This document shows positions 50,413-64,000 of a stretch of DNA of 64,000 nt, one piece after another (position 1 is the first letter of the stretch; every line of letters begins with the position of its first letter). The position numbers and the translations under genes are program-made. Origin of the DNA: Haplodiscus bocki (lineage: Eukaryota); assembly GCA_965655095.1 (NCBI GenBank), contig OZ296651.1, positions 78,740,001-78,804,000 on the forward strand, read 5' to 3'. Below the pieces are notes generated by a model, which saw only the letters and a program-made list of their open reading frames with translations, had not been told where the DNA came from and made no database searches.

Positions 50413-51489
50413 GGCGGGATGCAATCAGTTACACAACTGCTGCATAGACCTGGAAAATCACTAGACATTGACAAAATTTCCTAAGCGATGCATTTCATAA
50501 GGCAAGCATTGAAAAAGACCGTTAAAACCAAGCATCTGGTCATTGGACACACAAAGAGCACTTTTATGTATCATCTGGGTATGAACTTGAAACCTGTCAC
50601 ATGCTTGTCCAATATTGAAATATAAGCGCCAAATTGGCGCTTTAAACTTAATGAATCGGTTCAGTGAATTTTAGAGCTAGCATTCGAATTTCAAAAAAAG
50701 TGGGAGAGCTTGTTGAGTTGTTGAAATACAAAATGCTCAAAGTGGAGAATGATTGTAAGCGGGGGAGAAACAAATCGCTGTTTGTTCAATTTCAAATTAT
50801 TGCTCATTCGTTGAACCAAATCCAATGCAAAAGGAAAACCAAGAAGTCTTTGGGTCTGTTGATAGATAGTAAAGCTAAGTATCACACAACACAGACGCGA
50901 AGCGAAAGCTTCGCAATACTTGCTGACCAGAAAAACTTAAGGATCCAAAAAAACTTTTCTGGCGATGCCACTGAAAAGAGGAATCGGAACAAAAAGAGCA
51001 AAACTGACTGATACTCTTATATCCCGCCGATACTCTGAACAAAGAGAAGTCTAATCTAATAAAATGGATGCAACAAAAACAGTATTAAAGAAGACTACGT
51101 TCAACGAGCGATGCGGGGAGAAATGAATTGATTCCTCAAACACAAATTAGGATTTCTCGTAATTAAAAGAAAAAATATACTAGTAGTAAGGATAGGGGCG
51201 TGTTCGCACCGTAGATGGCACCCAATAAATTTTCTCTATCTTGACAGCTAAATAAACAGAAATATCGCCTGTAATACGTTACCAACTCCTAGTTTAACCT
51301 TATGACAGCTTTGACAGCTTATCTAGTTTAACCTTTTGACATCTGTTTGAATACATACAAATAGAAGTGCAAAGGGAATAAATGGTGGAAAATAGTCAAA
51401 TATGTAAAATTAATCTGCCAATTATGCTCTACAAGCAAGGCTGCGGGTCCACGAAAAAATAGTTCCCATGCCTAAACTCAAGTACACAA

Positions 51490-53480
51490 ATCGAATCAAT
51501 GTGCGGCCGAGCCCGAAAACCATTTTTGAAAACAATTGAACATTAATCTCATGTTTCCGAAAACCAAAAGACTTTCTTGAAGTTCCGTTCTTCCGCAAAC
51601 TCGCATCAAAAAGGTGCTTCATCACCTCCGAACTTCACTGAGCATTTGATAAACTTATTTGGGCAAGCCCAAAGCCGCATTTGAAAACAATCAAGCGTTA
51701 GTTGCAAGAAGCCAAAATCAAATTACTTTTGGAGTCGTTGTTCATTCGCAACGAGATCAGTTTTGTTTCTTCGAATTCCACTAACTTTTCATGAACAGTC
51801 TGAGCGAGCCCAAGTACGATATTCAAAAGCAAGTAAACGTTTATCGAGCTAATCTGAAGGCGAAGAAATACTTTCTGAAAATGTCATTCTTTCACAAATC
51901 ACGAAGAAAATATAGTTTTTAAAATTTCCTTATTCCACGTAAAAATGGATGTGAAAGTTTCAGTGAGTCCAAAAATTAACATTCGAAAAGAAATAGGCGT
52001 TTGCTTCTCTGAGCCGAAAAAAAGCACTGCTTTCCGAAAACGTCATTCGATTGCAAAGTCAAATCGAAAGATGCTTGTAAACCTTTGAACACTAAACTAA
52101 ATTAACATTGAATTAAAAAACTGACATTAAAAAAAGGTTCAGCGATCTCAGAACCAATTTATATTAACAGTTGAACGCTCGCTGGGCAATGCCGAGAACA
52201 CGAATACTGTCAAAAATAAGGTTTTTTTGCAAATTGACGTCGAGAAAACTATAATCTTATCTCACATTTCGATTTAACATTCGATGTAAAAGTTTGGGCA
52301 TTCTCAGAAACCGTAATTGAGAACAAAACAACTTTCGTCGAGCAGTGCCGAAATTGAAAGTACGTTCTGGAAAGATCGTCCATTAGATGACAAGGTCGTT
52401 GTCCTTCCTTCGCAAAATCACATCAAACACGATACATTAAGTTCTCTGAATTGAATATTTGTTTTGATAACAGAACTGTTTGAGCCCAATTACCATACTT
52501 GAATATAAGGAAACCTTCGGGCAATACCGAAAACAGATTTATTTTTTAAACAGATCGTTCCTTAGGCAAAATCTTATCAAAGATGTTGCTAATACTTTTC
52601 CGACTTCATTTTAACATTTGTTGTAAGTCTTTGAGCGAGTCCACAAACCACATTTAAAAACAAGTAAGCGTTAGTTGCACAATGCTGAGAACAAAAACAC
52701 TTTCTGAAATGGTCATTCAATTGCAAATTCAAATCAAAAACCATGCTTTTACACCTCCGAACTTAACTAATAATGAATGAAAGAATTTCGGCGATCGCAA
52801 AGCCACCCTTGAAAACAATACAAGATTCGGTTAGAATGTCTGAAAACAAAAGTTTTTTCTGCATCAGTAGTTCCTCCGCAAATCACTCCCAAACGAGATC
52901 TTCGTTTCTCCAGACTAACCAACGTTCCGATTAGGGGTCCGTGTGTGCCAAAATACCGTATTTGAAAACAAACAGTCATTGAGCAAAATCAAATAGAGTT
53001 TTTTTCTAAAAGGGTTGTTTCTTCCCGAATTCACTTGGGAAAAGACAGTTTTACTCCGCAGAATTCGACAAGAAATCTCATGGCCATTTCAACCACGTTT
53101 GAAAGCATGCAAGCTTCTGCTGCACGACACGAAAAGTTATTTTCTGTACACGTTGTTCTTTCGCAAATTCACATCGAAAAAGTTGATTTTGCAACTTCCA
53201 ATTCAACTATGCATGTGATGTATGAGTCTGTGCGAGCTCATAAACAATAATCAAAAACAATCAAACCTCAGGCTCACAATGCTCAAAAGCATAACCTTTT
53301 CCGGAAATGACATATTTTCACAAAGCCCTGTCAAAAAAGATTGTTTGTTCCTCAGACCTCAACTGAACATTTGATACAAATGCTTGGGCGATCCTAAAAA
53401 CCCTACTTGACAATTTGAGATCAAAGTCACCTTTGTCGCGTAAAACCAAAACAATACTTTCCGAAAATGTCATATCTGTT
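51490..53480. repeat. Ancient degenerate tandem repeat, ~13 units of ~155 bp
   Basis: gag(c/t)cc…aaacc.catttgaaaacaa-like anchors near 51510, 51665, 51806, 51965, 52144, 52301, 52482, 52637, 52793, 52935, 53081, 53234 and 53390. Confidence 0.7.
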
Positions 53481-54405
53481 CTGGTTCCATTTGGGAAAGA
53501 TCGTTGTCTGAAAAAATAGGCTTTGCAAATTTCACTACAAAATGGAGTTCAAACTTTCGAGTAACAAAGAAATGAAAAATTTTGCTGTTTATTAAGCAGT
53601 TCACCATAACAATAGTTCAACTCGATACCAGAAAAGAAAACATTTAATTTGCAGGGCATGGTGAGCCTGAAAACCGTTTCGAAAGCAATTAGACGTTAGT
53701 TTTGTTTTTGGAGTTGGCGAAGATCCGGGAGTGTCAATGAACATCGAACCCTACAAACACGGTTACCCTATGTATGGTGGATCATTCCACTTACCATGGC
53801 AAGATGCGGCATTTTTTTCAGTAAATTAAAGAACCTCATTTTTTCAGAAGATACTGTTCTCTGCCGGGATAACAGACTACCTACTGAATTGAAAAACCTC
53901 AAACTCTTGGGCTTGAAAGACCTCTAACACTTTCAAAAGCCACCACTGTCACAAGACGATGTAAGATTTAGGCAGTCCTATGAGTGGATCATTTGAAACT
54001 TAATAAGGGACAGTTTTTGCCAGACGTTGAGCTGGAATGCCTAAAAGTCAAGAGCAATCCAATATTCTCTTGGCAGCTTCCGGTTTCACGCTGTTATGTC
54101 TTTGAAAACTAGACTTATTCAATGAAAACATACAAAAGTAATCTTTGTAAAATGAGCAGGTCTAATTTTTAATTACACGCTTGTGGGATGGATTGCGGTC
54201 TTTGAGGGTAACAAATTGTTTTATAATTTATAACACCTGAGAAACATTCAAAGAGCACCGCATTTCAGTGGATAATAAAGAGCGATGCAAATTTTTAGGC
54301 AATGCGGCGAATAGATCCCATGACGATTAGTTTGCGACGCCCTTTGCCAACCTCTGAACTACAGCGCCTTGACATGGAGATCAATCCATTCGACTGTGCA
54401 ATATT

Positions 54406-54639
54406 GGGCTTTACAAAGTTATACGTCTGCTGATTTCATTGTGATGCTTCATATTGGTATTCTCTGTGAAAAAAAGCATCCTATTGTGTTTATTTCACGC
54501 ATGCAAAACAAACTGAGACATTGTTTGAAAGTTTTTTACCCTTCGCGCTACAAAACCAGCTTCAATGGTGCGAGTAGTCAGTCCGGAAGAATTTAATTTG
54601 TTTGAAAGCAGCATGCTATCGTCACCTTCGATAATCGTC
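54406..54639 (-). repeat. Inverted copy of array segment 55096-55329
   Basis: Reverse-complement match; ORF 54369-54596(+) is paralogous to ORF 55139-55354(-). Confidence 0.9.
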
Positions 54640-57600
54640 TTTTGGAATTTTTCACTCTTGGAATACGTAAATCGAAATTGATTCTCTTGATGCATATCCA
54701 AAGGATGATCTGTGATATTGCCTGTTTGTGAGATTAAATTAGTCCCAATTTTTTGAACTTAGTATACGAAATAGCTAAAAATCTCCAAGGCGTTGGAGAT
54801 CAAAATGCTATTGAAGCCCATGTGATTACATTGAGCCTCGATCATAAAACTACGGAGCAGTTGGTGCAAGCACAAGCACTCCTGCTATATAGTCTACTTA
54901 GTTTCAAGACATATATATCATACTCCACCCACCACCAAAGCAAGCAAAACTATTTGAATTTTATGTAGCCGCCGTTACAACGCATCTGGGAAAGTTTCTT
55001 CGTTATATTATGGCACCTTGATTTCGCACAAGTTCAGAGTCACCATATAAAGAGCGTCTGTGTCAACTTGCAGGAACGCTGTAACATTGAAAACTGACGA
55101 GTATCGAAGGTGACGATAGCATGCTGCTATCAAACAAGTTACATTCTTCCGGACTGACTACTCGCACCAATGAAGCTGAGTTTGTAGCGGCAAGGTTGAA
55201 AAATTTTCAAGCAATCTCTCAGTTTGTTTTGCGTGCGTGAAATAAGCACATTAGGATGCTTTCTTTCACAGAGAATACCAATATGAAACATCACAATCAA
55301 ATCAGCAGATGTATAAATTTGTGAAGCCCGATGTCGCCCAGTAAGCGAAAGCATTGTCTCGGAAGATACGTATGTGACAATTGGTCAAATTGAACTGCTT
55401 GCATACAAGTTTCTGCTGGAAGACAACAAAACCAATTCCAACTCTAGAAAAACTTGAGAAAGTTGCGAGTTCCGTTTTTTGTTAGGAAACACTGCACGGA
55501 CACGCGACGCAGAGCTAGCGCTGAGACAATGCACGATAGTGAACAGATATCAGCCATCAAAAACGGCAAACTTGCACGATCTCGAAAACAAAATTCGCAT
55601 ACCGACAAAGAAAGTACTGGATTAAAAAAATGTACTGCATTGAAATGGTCAACAAATAAATTGAACATGTACAGAAGACGACGCTGATCATTTTTTGTGT
55701 CTATACCGCATGTTTTTGCGGGAAAACGGTGAATCAAAGTCGAAAAGTTCTCTTTGTAGCACTCTCTCGAATGACCACAATTTGAATGATTTCAAAAACA
55801 TTTTGAAACTTCCACCAATGTGGAAGGAATTGAAAAAGCTAGGGCCATTTAATATCCTTCTCTGGCCAACAAGGCCACATTCAGTGAACTCAGGAGCCGT
55901 AAAGATCGGTTGAAAGCTAGATATGTGTGGAAAGGAATCGTTTCACTTTCTGCGCCCAAGCCGTTTTTCCCGTTTCGAAGAACGAAAAAAGAGTATATAT
56001 GAATTACTGCTGACTTTACTTGCACAACCAATTCTCTTGGAAGTCTTTTCGTCAATCCTAAAGACGACTCAAAAAAACATTTCTGTTGAGCTACAAAACT
56101 TCCCTCGTTAAAGTTTTTTATGAGTTACGTGCTTCAATATTGCGATTGAATAGCTTCATACGGAGAAAGTTGAAATGTAGTTCCGTTGGGATGAGACTTG
56201 ACGAAGATCTCTGTTTTAAAAATTTGCATCGCTTTTGAGAACGATTTCTAAAACAGAGCAACTTTGGTTAAATGTTGGTGTAAGAGTTTGATGGCAATTT
56301 TCACTTTTGAAGAAATCAGCCAAAAATGGAGACAACTGAAACCAATAAAACCATGAGATTTTTGTTCGCAATGAAGTTACACGTCTTTTTAGTGTTACCT
56401 AGTTTTTGGGATATTTCTCCACTGGATGGGTGTAATCTAGAAACAAGGCAAATAGATGGTAGAGAAATTCTTTGTAGACGTTTTTACTATATCGATCGCG
56501 GCACTACATGCTTTGCTGACATTCCATCCTTCCGCTCTAAACTGAGTAAAACTTTGGAGCACTAGCCGGTAGTTTGATTCATTAGAAAAAGGAGCCAAGC
56601 AAGCAGTTCTAAGAAATTCCTTGAGACGCCTTTACTAACTATATCGATGGCAGTACTCCGATCTGTTGTCGCATTCCATGCAAATTCTTGTTGGGATCAT
56701 TGAGTCATTTTTTGATGATTTTCTGTTGGTGCAGCAGCGATGAAATGCAAACTCGGTGCAGTTCTTATCCCGATTCCAAAACCCCATGTCACTGTTATCT
56801 ACGCGAATGTGCCATGTGCGCTTGATTACAAAGCTTGTTAAGAATTGTTTTCATTTGTGGGATTTTTCGCTCTTGGAATACGGAAATCGAAATTGATTCT
56901 CTTGATGCATATCCAATGGATGGTCCGTGATATTGCCTGTTTGTGAGAGTAAGTTAGTCCCAATTTTTTGAAATGAGTATACGAAATAGCTGAAAATCTC
57001 AAAGACGTGGGAAATCAAAATGCTATTGAAACCCATGTGATTACAATGAGCCTCGATCATAAAGACTACGGGGCAGTTGGTGCACCCTCAAGCAGTCGTG
57101 CTATATTGCCTGCTTAATTTCAGGACACATATATAATACTCCACTCACGACCAAAGCAAGCAGAATTACTTGACTTTTATGTAGCCGCCGTTACAACGCA
57201 TCTGGGAAAGTTTCTTCGTTCATTTATGGCACCTTGATTTTGTACAAGTTCAGAGTCACCGTATGAAGAGCGTCTGTGTCAACTTGCAGGAACGCTGTAA
57301 CATTGAAACCTGACGAGTATCGAAGGTGACGATAGCATGCTGCTATCAAACAAATTACATTCTTCCGGACTGACTACTCGCACCAGTGAAGCTGAGTTTG
57401 TAGCGGCAAGGTTGAAAAAATTTCAAGCAATCTCTCAGTTTGTTTTGCGTGCGTGAAATAAGCACATTATGATGCTTTCTTTCACAGAGAATACCAATAT
57501 GAAGCATCACAATCAAATCAGCAGACGTATAACTTGGTAAAGCCTGATGTCACCCAGTAAGCGAAAGCATTGTCCGGGGAGATACGTATGTGACAATTGG

Positions 57601-60600
57601 TCAAATTGAGCTGCTCGCATACGACAGATTCTGCTGGAAGACAACAAAACCAATTCCAACACTAGGAAAACTTTAGAAAGTTGCGAGTTCCATTTTTTGT
57701 TATTAAACACTGCATGAACACGCGACGCAGAGCTAGCACCGTGACAATGCACGATGGTGAACAGATAACAGCCATCAAAAACGGAAAATTTGCACGATCT
57801 CGAAAACAAAATTCCCATACCGACAGCGAAAGTACTGGATTAAAAAATTGTACTGCATTGAAATGGTCAACAAATAAATTGAACAGGTACAGAATATGAC
57901 GCTGATATTTTTTTGTCTATACCGCATGTTTTTGCGGGAGAACGGTGAATCAAAGTCGAAAAGTTCTTTTTGTAGCACTCTCTCGGATGACCACAGTTTG
58001 AATGATTTCAAAAACATTTTGACCCTTCCGCCAATATGGAAGGAATTGAAAAAGCTAGGGCCCTTTATGGTTCTTCTCTGGCCAACAATCCCACATTCAG
58101 TGAACTCAGGAGCCGTAAAAATCGGTTGAAAACTAGATATGTTTGGAAAGGAATCGTTTCACTTTCTGCGCCCAAGCCGTTTTTCCCGTTTCGAAGAACG
58201 AAAAATGAGTTGATATGAATTACTGCTGATCTTTACTTGCACAACCAATTCTCTTGAAAGTCTTTTCGTCAATCCTAAAGATGACTCAAAAAATAGTTCT
58301 GTTGAGCTATAAAACTTCCCTCGTTAAAGTTTTTTATGAGTTACGTGCTTCAATCTTGCGATTGAATAGATTCATACGGAGAAAGTTGAGATGTAGTTCC
58401 GTTGGGATGAGACTTGACGAAGATCTCTGTTTTAATAAACTGCATCGCTTTTGAAAACGGTTTCTAAAACAGAGCAACCTTGGTTAAATGTTGGTGTAAG
58501 AGTTTGTTGGCAATTTTCACTTTTGAAGAAATCAGCCAAAAACGGAGACAACTGAAACCATTAATATCATGAGACTTTTGTTCGCAATGAAATTACACGT
58601 TTTTTAAAGTGTTACCTAGTTTTTGGGATCTTTCTCCACAGGATGGGTGTAATCTAGAAACAAGGCAAATAGATGGTAGAGAAATTCTTTGTAGACGCTT
58701 TTACTATATCGATTGCGGCACTACATGCTTTGCTGACATTCCATCCTTCCGCTCTAAACTGAGTAAAATTTTGGAGCACTAGCCGGTGGTTTGGTTCATT
58801 AGAAAAAGGAGCCAGGCAAGCAGTTCTAAAAAAACCTTGAGAGGCTTTTACTAATTATATCGATCGCAGTACTCCGATCTGTCGTGGCATTCCATACACA
58901 TTCTTGTTGGGATCATTGAGTCATTTTTCGATGCTTTTCTGTTGGTCCAGCAGCGATGAAATGCAAACTCGGCGCAGTTCTGATCCCGATTCTGAAACCC
59001 CATGTCACAGTTAACTACGCGAGTGTGCCATGTGCGCTTCCTTACAAAGCTTGTTAGGAATTGTTTTCATTTTTGGGATTTTTCACTCTTGGAATAGGGA
59101 AATCCAAATTGATTCTCTTGATGCATGTCCAAAGGATGATCTGTGATATTGCCTGTTTGTGAGAGTAAGTTAGTCCCAATTTTTTGAACTGAGTATACGA
59201 AATAGCTAAAAATCTCAAAGGCGTGGGAAATCAAAATGCTATTGAAACCCATGTGATTACAATGAGCCTCGATCATAAAGACTACGGGGCAGTTGGTGCA
59301 CGCTCAAGCACTCGTGCGATATTGCCCACATAGCTTCAAGACACATATATAATAGTCCACTCACGACCAAAGCAAGCAGAATTACTTGAATTTTTTGTAG
59401 CCTCCGTTACAACGCATTTGGGAAAGTTTCTTCGTTCAATTATGGCACCTTGATTTCGCACAAGTTCAGAGTCACCGTATGAAGAGCGTCTGTGTCAACT
59501 TGCAGGAACGCTGTAACATTGAAACCTGACGAGTATCGAAGGTGACGATAGCATGCTGCTATCAAACAAATTACATTCTTCCGGACTGACTACTCGCACC
59601 AGTGAAGCTGAGTTTGTAGCGGCAAGGTTGAAAAAATTTCAAGCAATCTCTCAGTTTGTTTTGCGTGCGTGAAATAAGCACATTATGATGCTTTCTTTCA
59701 CAGAGAATACCAATATGAAGCATCACAATCAAATCAGCAGACGTATAACTTGGTAAAGCCTGATGTCACCCAGTAAGCGAAAGCATTGTCCGGGGAGATA
59801 CGTATGTGACAATTGGTCAAATTGAGCTGCTCGCATACGACAGATTCTGCTGGAAGACAACAAAACCAATTCCAACACTAGGAAAACTTTAGAAAGTTGC
59901 GAGTTCCATTTTTTGTTATTAAACACTGCATGAACACGCGACGCAGAGCTAGCACCGTGACAATGCACGATGGTGAACAGATAACAGCCATCAAAAACGG
60001 AAAATTTGCACGATCTCGAAAACAAAATTCCCATACCGACAGCGAAAGTACTGGATTAAAAAATTGTACTGCATTGAAATGGTCAACAAATAAATTGAAC
60101 AGGTACAGAATATGACGCTGATATTTTTTTGTCTATACCGCATGTTTTTGCGGGAGAACGGTGAATCAAAGTCGAAAAGTTCTTTTTGTAGCACTCTCTC
60201 GGATGACCACAGTTTGAATGATTTCAAAAACATTTTGACCCTTCCGCCAATATGGAAGGAATTGAAAAAGCTAGGGCCATTTAATATCCTTCTCTGGCCA
60301 ACAAGGCCACATTCAGTGAACTCAGGAGCCGTAAAGATCGGTTGAAAGCTAGATATGTGTGGAAAGGAATCGTTTCACTTTCTGCGCCCAAGCCGTTTTT
60401 CCCGTTTCGAAGAACGAAAAAAGAGTTGACATGAATTACTGCTGATCTTTACTTGCACAACCAATTCTCTTGGAAGCCTTTTCGTCAATCCTAAAGATGA
60501 CTCAAAAAATAGTTCTGTTGAGCTACAAAACTTCCCTCGTTAAAGTTTTTTATGAGTTACGTGCTTCAATCTTGCGATTGAATAGATTCATACGGAGAAA

Positions 60601-63600
60601 GTTGAGATGTAGTTCCGTTGGGATGAGACTTGACGAAGATCTCTGTTTTAATAAACTGCATCGCTTTTGAAAACGGTTTCTAAAACAGAGCAACCTTGGT
60701 TAAATGTTGGTGTAAGAGTTTGTTGGCAATTTTCACTTTTGAAGAAATCAGCCAAAAACGGAGACAACTGAAACCATTAATATCATGAGACTTTTGTTCG
60801 CAATGAAATTACACGTTTTTTAAAGTGTTACCTAGTTTTTGGGATCTTTCTCCACAGGATGGGTGTAATCTAGAAACAAGGCAAATAGATGGTAGAGAAA
60901 TTCTTTGTAGACGCTTTTACTATATCGATTGCGGCACTACATGCTTTGCTGACATTCCATCCTTCCGCTCTAAACTGAGTAAAATTTTGGAGCACTAGCC
61001 GGTGGTTTGGTTCATTAGAAAAAGGAGCCAGGCAAGCAGTTCTAAAAAAACCTTGAGAGGCTTTTACTAACTATATCGATCGCAGTACTCCGATCTGTCG
61101 TGGCATTCCATACACATTCTTGTTGGGATCATTGAGTCATTTTTCGATGCTTTTCTGTTGGTCCAGCAGCGATGAAATGCAAACTCGGCGCAGTTCTGAT
61201 CCCGATTCTGAAACCCCATGTCACAGTTAACTACGCGAGTGTGCCATGTGCGCTTCCTTACAAAGCTTGTTAGGAATTGTTTTCATTTTTGGGATTTTTC
61301 ACTCTTGGAATAGGGAAATCCAAATTGATTCTCTTGATGCATGTCCAAAGGATGATCTGTGATATTGCCTGTTTGTGAGAGTAAGTTAGTCCCAATTTTT
61401 TGAACTGAGTATACGAAATAGCTAAAAATCTCAAAGGCGTGGGAAATCAAAATGCTATTGAAACCCATGTGATTACAATGAGCCTCGATCATAAAGACTA
61501 CGGGGCAGTTGGTGCACGCTCAAGCACTCGTGCGATATTGCCCACATAGCTTCAAGACACATATATAATAGTCCACTCACGACCAAAGCAAGCAGAATTA
61601 CTTGAATTTTTTGTAGCCTCCGTTACAACGCATTTGGGAAAGTTTCTTCGTTCAATTATGGCACCTTGATTTCGCACAAGTTCAGAGTCACCATATAAAG
61701 AGCGTCTGTGTCAGCTTGCAGGAACGCTGTAACATTGAAAACTGACGAGTATCGAAGGTGACGATAGCATGCTGCTATCAAACAAGTTACATTCTTCCGG
61801 ACTGACTACTCGCACCAATGAAGCTGAGTTTGTAGCGGCAAGGTTGAAAAATTTTCAAGCAATCTCTCAGTTTGTTTTGCGTGCGTGAAATAAGCACATT
61901 AGGATGCTTTCTTTCACAGAGAATACCAATAGGAAACATCACAATCAAATCAGCAGACGTATAACTTGGTAAAGCCCGATGTCACCCAGTAAGCGAAAGC
62001 ATTGTCCCGGGAGATACGTATGTGACAATTGGTCAAATTGAGCTGCTCGCATAAAACAGTTTCTGCTGGAAGACAACAAAACCAATTACAACACTAGGAA
62101 ATTTGAGAAAGTTGCGAGTTCCGTTTTTTGTTAATAAACACTGCACGGACACGCGACGCAGAGCTAGCGCCGTGACAATGCACGATGGTGAACAGATATC
62201 AGCCATCAAAAACGGAAAACTTGCACGATCTCGAAAACAAAATTCGCATACCGACAAAGAAAGTACTGGATTAAAAAAATGTACTGCATTGAAATGGTCA
62301 ACAAATAAATTGAACATGTACAGAATATGACGCTGATCTTTTTTCGTCTATACCGAACGTTTTTGCGGGAAAACGGTGAATCAAATTCGAAAAGTTCTTT
62401 TTGTAGCACTCTCTCGGATGACCACAATTTGAATGGTTTCAAAAACATTTTGACCCTTCCGCCAATGTGGAAGGAATTGAAAAAGCTAGGGCCATTTATG
62501 ATTCTTCTCTGGCCAACAATGCCACATTCAGTGAACTCAGGAGCCGTAAAGATCGGTTGAAAGCTAGATATGTGTGGAAAGGAATCGTTTCACTTTCTGC
62601 GCCCAAGCCGTTTTTCCCGTTTCGAAGAACGAAAAAAGAGTTGACATGAATTACTGCTGATCTTTACTTGCACAACCAATTCTCTTGGAAGCCTTTTCGT
62701 CAATCCTAAAGATGACTCAAAAAATAGTTCTGTTGAGCTACAAAACTTACCTCGTTAAAGTTTTTTATGAGTTACGTGCTTCAATCTTGCGATTGAATAG
62801 CTTCTTACGGAGAAAGTTGAGATGTAGTTCCGTTGGGATGAGACTTGACGAAGATCTCTGTTTTAATAAAAAGCATCGCTTTTGAAAACGATTCCTAAAA
62901 CAGAGCAACTTTGGTTAAATGTTGGTGTAAGAGTTTGTCGGCAATTTTCATTTTTGAAGAAAGATGGAGACAACTGAAACCATTAATATCATGAGACTTT
63001 TGTTCGCAATGAAATTACACGTTTTTAAAGTGTTACCTAGTTTTTGGGATCTTTCTCCACTGGATGGGTGTAATCTAGAAACAAGGCAAATAGATTGTAG
63101 AGAAATTCTTTGTAGACGCTTTTACTATTTCGATTGCGGCACTACATGCTTTGCTGACATTCCATCCTTCCGCTCTAAACTGAGTAAAATTTTGGAGCAC
63201 TAGCCGGTGGTTTGATTCATTAGAAAAAGGAGCCAAGCAAGCAGTTCTAAAAAATTCCTTGAGACGCTTTTACTAACTATATCGATCGCAGTACTCCGAT
63301 TTGTCTTGGCATTCCATACACATTCTTGTTGGGATCATTGTGTCATTTTTTGATGATTTTCCGTTGTTCCAGCAGCGATAAAATGCAAACTCGGCGCAGT
63401 TCTGATCCCGATTCTAAAACCCCATGTCACAGTTATCTACGCGAGAGTGACATGTGCGCTTGATTAAAAAGCTTGCCAAGAATTGCTTTCTTTTTTTTTG
63501 GGATTTTTCACTATTAGGATACGGAAATCAAAATTTATTCTCTTGATGCAAATTCGAAGGATGATCTGTGATATTGCCTGTTTGTGAGAGTAAGTTAGTC

Positions 63601-64000
63601 CCGATTTTTTGAACTTAGTATACGAAATAGCTAAAAATCTCAAAGGCGTGGGAAATCAAAATGCTATTGAAACCCATGTGATTACAATGAGCCTCGATCA
63701 TAAAGACTACGGGGCAGTTGGTGCACGCTCAAGCACTCGTGCGATATTGCCCACATAGCTTCAAGACACATATATAATAGTCCACTCACGACCAAAGCAA
63801 GCAGAATTACTTGAATTTTTTGTAGCCTCCGTTACAACGCATCTGGGAAAGCTTCTTCGTTCAATTATGGCACCTTGATTTCGCACAAGTTCAGAGTCAC
63901 CATATAAAGAGCGTCTGTGTCAACTTGCAGGAACGCTGTAACATTGAAACTTGACGCGTTTCGAAGGTGACGATAGCATGCTGCTTTCAAACAAGTTACA
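54640..64000 (+). repeat. Tandem array of ~2216-bp units (>4 units; runs off the window end)
   Basis: gaaggtgacgatagcatgctgct recurs near 55106, 57322, 59538, 61755 and 63963. Paralogous short ORFs at 2216-nt spacing; no long ORF. Confidence 0.97.

Noticed and set aside
50280-50474. 64-aa ORF MSMSSDFPG… as the TRAM1 N-terminus
   Set aside because: Wrong frame; the conserved QNHGDI motif is in the frame starting at ATG 50412.
55444-63203. Short ORFs in the 2.2-kb array as genes; faint resemblance to ankyrin, EnSpm (GPLW) or RT motifs
   Set aside because: Overlapping ORFs on both strands, inconsistent between units; the motif resemblances need frameshifts and lack flanking conserved residues.

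Overview
AT-rich, intron-containing animal genomic DNA dominated by mobile elements, with one clear host gene. (1) 1-10430 is a head-to-tail array of ~3.3-kb units. Each unit fuses a dead non-LTR (LINE) endonuclease/RT fragment to the left part of an endogenous Polinton/Maverick (adintovirus-like) element. (2) The last unit runs on into the rest of that decayed element (to ~14370): putative PC4-like, PLA2-like and DEDD-exonuclease-like genes, a double-jelly-roll major capsid protein and an adenain-type cysteine protease. The standout cargo is a small intronless signal-peptide + single EGF-domain gene (ErbB-ligand cysteine spacing), present in three pseudogenised copies and absent from the ORF track. 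(3) 14.7-17.0 kb holds nested solo-LTR-like elements. (4) A complete 13-exon TRAM1 gene (409 aa, minus strand, 50412->25990) was assembled by hand with consistent splice phases. Its large introns contain a Vingi/Ingi-like LINE end, a FLYWCH/MULE element with TIRs and TSD, a Tc1-type MITE and Helentron-like satellite carriers. (5) Old ~177-bp and ~155-bp degenerate tandem repeats. (6) 54.6-64 kb is a second array of ~2.2-kb units with an inverted duplication at its left edge. All family assignments come from motif recognition by eye; no searches were run.
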